Source of the DNA: Dehalococcoidia bacterium
GTDB taxonomy: Bacteria; Chloroflexota; Dehalococcoidia; Lucifugimonadales; UBA1123
Direction: 5' to 3'
NCBI GenBank assembly: GCA_965116415.1
Contig: OZ220693.1
Coordinates: 556,753 to 620,752, forward strand
DNA: 64,000 nucleotides
Shown here: positions 56,940-64,000 of the stretch, piece after piece
Position numbering within the stretch: the stretch's first letter is position 1
Layout: each line of letters begins with the position of its first letter
Position numbers and translations under genes: made by a program
The notes under the pieces: generated by a model
Databases searched by the model: none
What the model saw: the letters and a program-made list of their open reading frames with translations, nothing else
What the model was told of the DNA's origin: nothing

Positions 56940-57851
56940 CTACTCCAGGCGACCTCGCAGCCTGGGGTCGAGGTGATCGCGCAGCGCGTCCCCAAACAGG
57001 TTGAAGGCAAGTATGGTCAGCGTAATCGCGCAGCCCGGGAACACTACCAGCCACCACGGCGGCTTGAACGACGCGACAAGAATTCCGCCCAGCATGTTTC
57101 CCCAACTCGGGTCAGGCGGCGGGATCCCTAGACCCAGATAGCTCAAAGCCGCCTCGGTGAATATCGCGCCACCAAGACTCGCGCTCGCTACCACTAGCAG
57201 CGGCGCGACACACTGCGGTGTGACGTGACGAATCATGATCCGCACCGGCGATGCACCTATCATCCGAGCAGCGAGCACGTACTCAGACTCTCGAATCAGA
57301 AGGGCGACCGATCTGATAATTCGTGTGGTACCCGCAATCCCGGTCGCAGCTATGGCAATGATGACCGTATTGACTCCCGCACCAAGCGCCACCAACAGCA
57401 GGAGCGCAAGGATTACGCTCGGGAATGAGATAAGCACATCCAGCAGTCGCTGGCTCAGCAGGTCGAACCTGCCGCCCAGGTACCCGCTCAGCACTCCCCA
57501 CGAAAAGCCTATGATCTTCGAGATTACGATTGCCGTAACCGACACCATCAGGCTCAGGCGAGTGCCTGCGATAACCCTGCTCAGCGTATCCCGGCCCAGT
57601 CCGTCTGTCCCCATCGGAAACTCCAGGGACGGGGTCTGCAGCAGCGCGCCGTAGTTTGACTTCAGCGGGTCCTCAGGGGCAAGCAATGGTGCAAACAGCG
57701 CCACAAACACCATGAATAGCAGGAACACCGCCGCTCCGGTTCCAAGAATCGAAGACCTCGCGAATCGTTTCGTGTTCTCATAGAACGCCTCGAATCGCGA
57801 CTGACGTTTGGGTTGAATCTCCCCTAGCAGCGGTTCGGAACCTTGGACCAC
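56940..57851 (-). CDS. ABC transporter permease (DppC/OppC-like)
   Basis: 'FVALFAPLLAPEDP' and 'EYVLAARMIGAS' EAA loop. GTG 57851 after GAAGAGAAGGAG gives 303 aa with no overlap. The track ORF (to 58163) overlaps the upstream gene by 265 nt. Confidence 0.88.
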   Translation of the reverse strand: MVQGSEPLLGEIQPKRQSRFEAFYENTKRFARSSILGTGAAVFLLFMVFVALFAPLLAPEDPLKSNYGALLQTPSLEFPMGTDGLGRDTLSRVIAGTRLSLMVSVTAIVISKIIGFSWGVLSGYLGGRFDLLSQRLLDVLISFPSVILALLLLVALGAGVNTVIIAIAATGIAGTTRIIRSVALLIRESEYVLAARMIGASPVRIMIRHVTPQCVAPLLVVASASLGGAIFTEAALSYLGLGIPPPDPSWGNMLGGILVASFKPPWWLVVFPGCAITLTILAFNLFGDALRDHLDPRLRGRLE

Positions 57852-57898
57852 GATCTCCTTCTCTTCAGTCCGGCTCGGCAGTGAAATTCCGGCCGGAC

Positions 57899-58858
57899 CT
57901 ACTGATACCTGATGCGGGGATCGATCAACCCGTACGCGAGATCGACCACCAGGTTGATAACGACGAAAACGATTGCATACAGCAGGACCAGATTCTGGAT
58001 TATCATCCAGTCCCGCTCCTCTATGCCCCCAACCAGTGCCGTGCCAAGTCCGGGGACTGAGAATGCCCTCTCGACGGCGACAGAGCCTCCAAGAAGGAAC
58101 GCTAGCTGGAGCCCGGACAGGGTAATCACGGGGAGCATCGCGTTTCTGACGACGTGTCGCCACATTACCACTTTCTCACCCAGCCCCTTGGCTCTAGCTG
58201 TTCGAACGTAGTCCTCCCTGAACACCTCCAGGAGCTGTGTCCGCGCCATTCGCGCGATGAACGCGCCCAGGCCAATGCCGAGAGCTAACGCCGGACCAGC
58301 CATGATCTGAAGGTTCTTCACCGGATCGTCCCAGATGTTGTACACAGTAATTGGCGGTTTCCAACTGAAGAAGATTACTGTGACGAGTATGAACGTCATG
58401 CCCAGCCAGAAACTTGGGATGGCCATGAACAGGGTGATGAAGAACCTGGCTATGTAGTCGACGGCCGAGTTTCGCCAAGCCGCCGCTACGATTCCAATTG
58501 GCAGTCCTACAATCCATGAGATGATCACCGCGGCAATGCCGATCTGCATCGTCAGCGGTCCCCGACGCAGGATGGTCGCGCTTATTGGCTGGTCCGTCCA
58601 GAATGAACTGCCCATGTCGCCCCTGGCGACGTCACCAATCCAGACGAGGTATTGGACAACAAGCGGCTTGTCGAGCCCCAGGCTCTTGCGCGCGGCCTCA
58701 AGCTCCGCCTCGCTCAAGACGTAGATCCCCGTGTTCTCTCCGAAGATCTGCTCAAGGGGATCACCAGGGAGAAGCCTCATCGCAACGAAGATCAGCACGG
58801 TGACGCCGAAAACTGTCGGTATGGCGAGCGCCAGTCTTCTGAGGATATAAGTCTGCAT
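57899..58858 (-). CDS. ABC transporter permease (DppB/OppB-like)
   Basis: 'YILRRLALAIPTVFGV' and 'DYVRTARAKGL' EAA loop. Confidence 0.9.
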   Translation of the reverse strand: MQTYILRRLALAIPTVFGVTVLIFVAMRLLPGDPLEQIFGENTGIYVLSEAELEAARKSLGLDKPLVVQYLVWIGDVARGDMGSSFWTDQPISATILRRGPLTMQIGIAAVIISWIVGLPIGIVAAAWRNSAVDYIARFFITLFMAIPSFWLGMTFILVTVIFFSWKPPITVYNIWDDPVKNLQIMAGPALALGIGLGAFIARMARTQLLEVFREDYVRTARAKGLGEKVVMWRHVVRNAMLPVITLSGLQLAFLLGGSVAVERAFSVPGLGTALVGGIEERDWMIIQNLVLLYAIVFVVINLVVDLAYGLIDPRIRYQ

Positions 58859-58960
58859 GGAAGTCTACTCCCAGGCCCATGCTGCGGGCTCAGGACATTG
58901 TCGCTCCGGGCGTCGACTCCGTAAACGGGTCAACCCAAGTTGGCCGACTGTGAAAGAGAT

Positions 58961-58993
58961 GGCCGGAACCGCCTCTTGCGTACGGTTCCGGCC
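58961..58993 (-). other. Strong intercistronic hairpin between SBP and permease genes (possible attenuator or mRNA-stability element)
   Basis: GGCCGGAACCG (58961-58971) pairs with CGGTTCCGGCC (58983-58993), an 11-bp perfect stem 18 nt after the SBP stop. On the transcript it is followed by ATCTCTTTC. Confidence 0.55.
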
Positions 58994-59010
58994 TTGAAGT
59001 GCTTCTAGGA

Positions 59011-60786
59011 CTACCTATCCAGCCAGACAGTCTCAAACCTGCCCCACTCGGTCTGGACCCTGTTTTCCAGCTGCAAGCCCTTCACATAGTCGCGCCACAT
59101 GGGCATGTGCGCTGTGAAGCCGAAGTGGAACTGTGGCGGGTTGTCGTCCAATATTTCCTCGCCCTTACGGAACAATTCCGCACGCTTCATGCCGTCGAGC
59201 TCTCCGTTCAGGTCCTCGACAATGGCGTCAAACTCAGGATTGGAGTACTTGCCGAAGTTCTGCGATGCGCCTGTCGTCCACACGACCTGCCACAGCGGTG
59301 TATGGTTTTTGACCGGCGAGTGGAAGATCGTGCTCAGCACGAGGTCGAAGTCCTTCTTGTACTCCTCGGATACTAGCGCCCTCTCTACGACGCTAATCTC
59401 AATGTCCATGCCCAGATTTGTGCTGAGCTGGTCGACGAAGAACGGCGACAGCACCTCTGCGTGACCAGGGACTGATGCCGACACAAGGCTGAACGTCCGA
59501 AGCCCCTCGCCGTTCGGATAGCCGGCTTCTGCCAGAAGTCTCTGCGCTTCCGCGATGTCGTCCGCGTTGTCACGCTTGTATCCGGGTGTCTGGTAGAGTT
59601 CGTCGTCTGGTGTGGCGCCCTCTCCACCCTTGGACATCCACCTGCTGACTATGTTTACCTCTTCTCTATAAACGTCAACGGCCTGATGTCGGTTGATGGC
59701 GAGGTGAACTGCCCGCCTAACCTTGGGATCGTCGAACGGAGCCTTCTCGTTGTTCCACTTGACCTCGAGGGCTCCAAAGTTGTCGAGCAATGCTACGTAT
59801 ACATCGTCACGCTTCTCGCCCTCTTCCCAGGTGTCCCGTGAGACGTTCCAGGAAAAGTCCGCGTTCCCGGTCAACACGGCCGTGCCCCTGTCAGTCCAGG
59901 CGGGAACGTGCTGCATTATCACCGTGTCAACATAAGGGAGTTCAGGGTTCCAGTAGTCGGTGTTCTTCTCGAATTCCCAGAGCTCACCAGGCTTGTTCTC
60001 TACGAACTTGAATGGGCCTGTCCCCGGCGCCACCAGTGTTCTCAGGTCGTTATTGTTCGCCTCAAGAACGTCCGATGGATAGATGACAGCGCTGGTCATC
60101 GAGAACAGGTCGAACTGCCACACTCTCGGCTCATGCAGCTCGAATTTGACGGTGTAGTCATCCATCTTCTCTATTGAGCCAATGGCATCGAACAGGCTCT
60201 GACTGACGCTCGTCATACCCTCGTACTTGTCGGGGAAGATAATCCTGTCGAAAGTCGCCACCACATCGTCGGCATTGAATTCCGAGCCATCGTGGTACTT
60301 TACGCCCTCACGAAGGTTGAACGTGAAGCTCATGCCATCTTCAGCAACGTCCCAGCTTGTCGCAAGTTCAGGGGTAATCTCGGCCAGGCCCACCGTAGGA
60401 TCGAGGCCGAATAGCTTGTTATAGAAGGACGTCATAATGTGGCCGGCGCCGCCCTGGTGAATGTCGAAGTGCTTCGTCGTCGCGCCCCACGCCGTCTTCA
60501 CAGTGCCGCCCGACTTGGGATTGGGGTCGGGAGACATCAGACAACCAATCTTGCACTCCATGGCCGGCTCGGCCATTGCCACTGGAGCAGCAGTTGGTGC
60601 TGCCGGAGCTGCTGGCGCCGGTGCTGGCGGGGCTGCTGACGCTGGGGCTGCCGGCTCGGCTTCTTCCTCAGACGAGCTGCAGCCGGTCACCGCCAAGGCC
60701 AAAACTAGTACCGCACTCAGAATTAAGATACTGACCAATCTGGCCGATGTGAATTTGCCTACCACCTGCAATCCTCCTCTTCGCAT
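59011..60786 (-). CDS. ABC transporter substrate-binding lipoprotein, family 5, with Ala/Pro-rich tether
   Basis: Lipobox 'LAVTGCSS', an (A/P)n linker, then an SBP_bac_5-like body. The likely true start is GTG 60765, 6 nt after AGAGGAGGA. Confidence 0.85.
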   Translation of the reverse strand: MRRGGLQVVGKFTSARLVSILILSAVLVLALAVTGCSSSEEEAEPAAPASAAPPAPAPAAPAAPTAAPVAMAEPAMECKIGCLMSPDPNPKSGGTVKTAWGATTKHFDIHQGGAGHIMTSFYNKLFGLDPTVGLAEITPELATSWDVAEDGMSFTFNLREGVKYHDGSEFNADDVVATFDRIIFPDKYEGMTSVSQSLFDAIGSIEKMDDYTVKFELHEPRVWQFDLFSMTSAVIYPSDVLEANNNDLRTLVAPGTGPFKFVENKPGELWEFEKNTDYWNPELPYVDTVIMQHVPAWTDRGTAVLTGNADFSWNVSRDTWEEGEKRDDVYVALLDNFGALEVKWNNEKAPFDDPKVRRAVHLAINRHQAVDVYREEVNIVSRWMSKGGEGATPDDELYQTPGYKRDNADDIAEAQRLLAEAGYPNGEGLRTFSLVSASVPGHAEVLSPFFVDQLSTNLGMDIEISVVERALVSEEYKKDFDLVLSTIFHSPVKNHTPLWQVVWTTGASQNFGKYSNPEFDAIVEDLNGELDGMKRAELFRKGEEILDDNPPQFHFGFTAHMPMWRDYVKGLQLENRVQTEWGRFETVWLDR

Positions 60787-60830
60787 GCTGCCGCGAAATC
60801 TCCGGGCAGCCCATTCGGAAATGCGACCCC

Positions 60831-60859
60831 AGCATAATTCAATAAAATTGATTCTTCAA
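60831..60859 (-). promoter_or_regulatory. Candidate promoter TTGAAG-N17-TATGCT for the second ABC operon
   Basis: The minus strand reads TTGAAG (60859-60854), a 17-nt AT-rich spacer, and TATGCT (60836-60831). Confidence 0.4.
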
Positions 60860-60965
60860 TGGCTGTTCCCATTTGCGAAAAACTTCACTATGCGGTCGCC
60901 CACATTGCTTTGGTCTTGTATCGTAGTTAGAAAGTCAGCACCGACAGAGGTGTTTCAAGGCAAAC

Positions 60966-62282
60966 ATGCAATCCGACACCGACAAGCGTTCTGGACGCAC
61001 GCAACTCATCCTGCGTTGGTGGAGCCCCCCTGCGGCGCTCCGCAAAGAACGGCGACGAATCTGGTTCGCCTTGGCTGTTGCCGCGTTCGCGCTTACGGTC
61101 ACGGTATCTGCGACCAGTCTGTGGAACTACAACGGGCTCTCATTGCCAGGACCAGGCCCCACCAGCAACATCTCAGCTTCCATTGCAACAGTCCCTGCCC
61201 TCCCACCAGTGGGACCGCATGGAACTGTCGAGTGGACCTTCGATGCTGGACAGCCGCTGTCGGCTCCGGCTACCCCGGACGGAGAGGCTGTCCTTGTAGT
61301 CTCCGGGACTACCCCGAAGAACGGCACAATCGCCTCGCTCTCCACATCTGACGGCTCCGTGAATTGGAGCATCAAGTTGAACAGTCTTGCGGACTACTCT
61401 CCCGTGGCGGCAGGCAACCTGGTTTTTGTAGGCACTCGAGCTGGCTACTTGCTGGCACTAGACCGCGATACCGGGGCAACGATCTGGACTGCTGACCTGG
61501 AGTCCTCTGTCCTGGGGGCACCGATCGTTGACGAGGGGGGCATCTACATCGCCTCGAAGTCCGTCTTCGCCATCGACGCCGCTACCGGCAGGCAACTGTG
61601 GCGACACGAGGTGGGTGGAGATGTATCGCGTCCTCTCCGCTCTTCCGCTGGAGTCATTGCCGCTATCAGCTCGGATGGGAACGTCAATCTCATCAATGCC
61701 TCGAACGGCAGACGCCGTCTGACTTTCCCCCTTTGGTTCAGCACGTCTGCTGCACCTGCTGTCTCGGACACCACTCTGGTTATTCCAGGAGATCGCGCCT
61801 TCGCGCAAGCACTCGAAATAACCGAGCGCGATGTCCCCATGGAGAAGGCAATGAGATACTGGTGGACCAAGCTCTGGCTGTGGGACATGGCCCCCAGACC
61901 TCCCCTGCCACGCGCCTATCTGTGGCAGAACCGGGAGTTGGGTGGAGACAGGTCATACGCCCTCGGCGCGGACGAAGGGGCCGTATACATTGGAGTTGCA
62001 GAAGCAGACCTATCGGGCAAGCTTGTCGCCCTGGACGTGGCCACAGGGGAAGCGAAGTGGACGGTCGCGACAGTGTCCAGAATCCTCGACCCCGCCATAC
62101 TGGCGGGTCAATCAGTAATCGCGGGCACGGAACGCGACGGGATCGTCGCGGTGGACAAGTCAACTGGCGCCCTCCTGTGGGAATTGCCCGCGGTTGACGG
62201 ACTCGGAGCCGCTCCCGCGCTCACTGCCAAGGGGCTGCTCCTTGTTCCAACAGCCGGAGGCCTGCTCAGAGCTATTCGGTAG
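60966..62282 (+). CDS. PQQ-like (BamB/YVTN-type) beta-propeller repeat protein with N-terminal TM/signal anchor
   Basis: Repeated 'G.L.ALD..TG...W' blades, for example 'GYLLALDRDTGATIWT', 'VFAIDAATGRQLWRH', 'LVALDVATGEAKWT' and 'IVAVDKSTGALLWE'. Confidence 0.8.
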   Translation: MQSDTDKRSGRTQLILRWWSPPAALRKERRRIWFALAVAAFALTVTVSATSLWNYNGLSLPGPGPTSNISASIATVPALPPVGPHGTVEWTFDAGQPLSAPATPDGEAVLVVSGTTPKNGTIASLSTSDGSVNWSIKLNSLADYSPVAAGNLVFVGTRAGYLLALDRDTGATIWTADLESSVLGAPIVDEGGIYIASKSVFAIDAATGRQLWRHEVGGDVSRPLRSSAGVIAAISSDGNVNLINASNGRRRLTFPLWFSTSAAPAVSDTTLVIPGDRAFAQALEITERDVPMEKAMRYWWTKLWLWDMAPRPPLPRAYLWQNRELGGDRSYALGADEGAVYIGVAEADLSGKLVALDVATGEAKWTVATVSRILDPAILAGQSVIAGTERDGIVAVDKSTGALLWELPAVDGLGAAPALTAKGLLLVPTAGGLLRAIR

Positions 62283-62350
62283 ACCTCCCTGGGCGAGCGC
62301 GGCTGCCCTATTGAGGTGGATGAGCTTGAACCCAAATAACGCCAAAACAA

Positions 62351-62379
62351 CACAGGCCCCGCATGTTGCGGGGCCTGTG
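62351..62379 (-). terminator. Rho-independent terminator (13-bp stem) serving the bifunctional-nuclease gene; also sits after the convergent propeller gene
   Basis: CACAGGCCCCGCA (62351-62363) pairs with TGCGGGGCCTGTG (62367-62379). On the minus strand it is followed by TTGTTTTGG. Confidence 0.7.
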
Positions 62380-62395
62380 ACAGATTACCTCTTTG

Positions 62396-62959
62396 CTATT
62401 GGCGCTGCTGTTGCGGTTTGTCGCCTTCGCCGAGGTCCTCAAGATCGAGACTGTCGATGAAGTCCGAAAATGCAGACAGGCGCTTCAGTTCGTCCTCGTT
62501 CAGCTCGCGCTGTTCGCCCTCTCCGGTCTGGTCGGGAATGACGGCCTTACCCGTCTCATCGTCCATTTGAACGCCGACCTTCTCAATGACGGCTTCCTCC
62601 GCGTAGATGGGAGCATTCGCTCTCACTGCCAATGCAATCGCGTCGGACGGGCGCGAGTCGATCTCTACCTGACCGCCTTCGTACTCCAGCACAATCTTCG
62701 CATAGAACGTGTCGTCGCTCAGGTCGGAGACTATGATGTGGTTAACCTGAGCGCCGAGCGATGTGATGACCGATCCGAGCAGGTCGTGCGTGAGCGGTCG
62801 AGGAACGCTCATTTCCTGCAGTTTCAGTGCGATGGCGTCAGCCTCGTTGGCGCCTATCCAGATGGGTAAGTAGCGATCAGTGTCCTTGACCTTGAGGATC
62901 ACCACGCGCTGGTAATTCATCAAGCTGACGCGGATACTGTCGATTGACATCTCCCGCAT
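62396..62959 (-). CDS. Bifunctional nuclease (BFN/DUF151) family protein with acidic C-terminal tail
   Basis: 'RVVILKVKDTDRYLPIWIGANEADAIALKLQ...PRPLTHDLL' is the DUF151 core. Confidence 0.85.
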   Translation of the reverse strand: MREMSIDSIRVSLMNYQRVVILKVKDTDRYLPIWIGANEADAIALKLQEMSVPRPLTHDLLGSVITSLGAQVNHIIVSDLSDDTFYAKIVLEYEGGQVEIDSRPSDAIALAVRANAPIYAEEAVIEKVGVQMDDETGKAVIPDQTGEGEQRELNEDELKRLSAFSDFIDSLDLEDLGEGDKPQQQRQ

Positions 62960-63043
62960 TTGTCTTCCCCTTACTGATTGGCTGCGCCAATTCTAGTTTT
63001 CGTCCGTATAGGTGTCAACGCACCGACTCCCGTGTGAGGGACC

Positions 63044-63244
63044 TCAGTTTGGATCACCATCAGACGATACGACCGTCTTAACTCTCCTGTCCAGCGCGGA
63101 ACGAGGCATTAGGATGCGCCTTTTGCATGTTAGACACGAAAGCCCGATGTCTGCACCGAGGCGTACGACTTCCCAGTCCGTCCCACCGCAGGGGTGCTTC
63201 TTGCGAAGCTGCAGCACCCACCCAAGTCCGTACTGGGTCACCAT
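63044..63244 (-). CDS. DUF951-family small protein
   Basis: 66 aa. 'KKHPCGGTDWEVVRLGADIGLSCLTCKRRILMPR' matches the DUF951 pattern as I recall it. It overlaps the pyrF stop by 7 nt. Confidence 0.75.
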   Translation of the reverse strand: MVTQYGLGWVLQLRKKHPCGGTDWEVVRLGADIGLSCLTCKRRILMPRSALDRRVKTVVSSDGDPN

Positions 63245-64000
63245 TCCCTGCCCTCCGCGGCAAGTACGGAGTTGATGTCGTCTCGAAGCTTCGAGGCCGC
63301 CTTTCGCGCCGCCTCCGCGAAGTTGTCAGGATCCCTGGAGGCATACGTGATTCCTCTGGACGAGCTTATCAGGACGTTGGGAGCGTCAGTATCGAGTCCA
63401 TGCTGTAGGCTGGCGTCGAGGTCGCCTCCTTGCGACCCTATTCCCGGCACGAGTATTGGCATGCCGGGGCACCTGTTTCGTATGAGGGCAAGCTCCGATG
63501 GGTACGTGGCCCCAGCCACGAGCCCCAGGTTCGAGGTAGCCTGATTCCACTCGGAAGCCTTAATCGCCATCCACTCGAATAGGGGAACAGATGCTCCCTC
63601 GTATTCAACCGGCACATCCTGGAACTCCGCGGCTCCCGGGTTGGATGAGCGGCACCAGACGATCACGCCGCGATCTTCATACTCCAGGTATGGTTCTATG
63701 GAGTCGCTCCCTCCCCAGGCGTTGACGGTTGCGGCGTCGAAGTCCCAGGTGTCGAACAGGGCGCGAGCATACATCTTGTTGGTCGAGCCGATGTCACCCC
63801 TCTTGCAGTCAGCAATGAGCACTACGTCAGGAGCAACGTCGCGTATGTGATTGACAGTGCGCTCAAGCGCTACCAGACCAGGAATTCCCAACGCTTCATA
63901 GAAAGGGAAGTTCGGCTTGTACGCACAGACGAGGTCGTGAGTGGCGTCTACTATGCGGGAGTTGAACTCAGCCACGTCGTCGATGGCCATGAGGTCAGGG
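63238..64000 (-). CDS. pyrF: Orotidine-5'-phosphate decarboxylase (type 2), N-terminus beyond window edge
   Basis: 'AYKPNFPFYEALG' and 'DCKRGDIGSTN' catalytic motifs. The frame remains open to base 64000. Confidence 0.9.
   Translation of the reverse strand, partial: PDLMAIDDVAEFNSRIVDATHDLVCAYKPNFPFYEALGIPGLVALERTVNHIRDVAPDVVLIADCKRGDIGSTNKMYARALFDTWDFDAATVNAWGGSDSIEPYLEYEDRGVIVWCRSSNPGAAEFQDVPVEYEGASVPLFEWMAIKASEWNQATSNLGLVAGATYPSELALIRNRCPGMPILVPGIGSQGGDLDASLQHGLDTDAPNVLISSSRGITYASRDPDNFAEAARKAASKLRDDINSVLAAEGREW

Overview
This is a gene-dense, GC-rich (by eye, not computed) chromosomal segment with about 60 protein genes and one tRNA-Pro(UGG). I found no rRNA, CRISPR array, transposase, integrase or phage genes. 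The content is mostly housekeeping. It includes a complete F1Fo ATP synthase operon (atpZ/I-B-E-F-H-A-G-D-C, minus strand), rex, citrate synthase, the glycine cleavage operon (gcvT-H-PA-PB), glyQS, ftsH, fabF, folC, rplY(Ctc), trmI and pyrF. There are also two peptide/nickel-type ABC importer modules (SBP plus two permeases, no ATPase genes), a PAS-GAF histidine kinase with an Rcp1-like receiver, and several oxidoreductase/hydrolase genes: two enolase-superfamily enzymes, an F420/LLM oxidoreductase, GMC, FAD-DAO, SDR, an RraA-like protein, an amidase and an amidohydrolase. Gene content suggests a Chloroflexota-like (SAR202/Dehalococcoidia-style) organism: enolase and LLM paralogs, split gcvP, and lipoprotein SBPs with long low-complexity tethers. 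That assignment is inference only. I did not find a convincing novel multi-gene system such as a defence island. The most interesting observations are listed here. (1) An AhpE-like peroxiredoxin has an in-frame TGA exactly at the peroxidatic-Cys codon, followed by a hairpin, so it is a candidate selenoprotein that the ORF track misses. (2) A ~40-bp intergenic element (10-bp palindrome plus a four-G-tract tail) occurs three times, once inside the atp operon. (3) A GatC-like 61-aa ORF is coupled to a non-GatA amidase (AtzG/AtzE-like pair) inside a divergent catabolic cluster. (4) Rex-box-like operators overlap the predicted atp-operon and rex promoters. (5) Two coding anomalies: a 1-nt frameshift in gcvPA, and a trmI whose conserved N-terminal domain has no canonical start codon. 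All coordinates were derived by hand from the printed sequence. No database search or folding computation was run.
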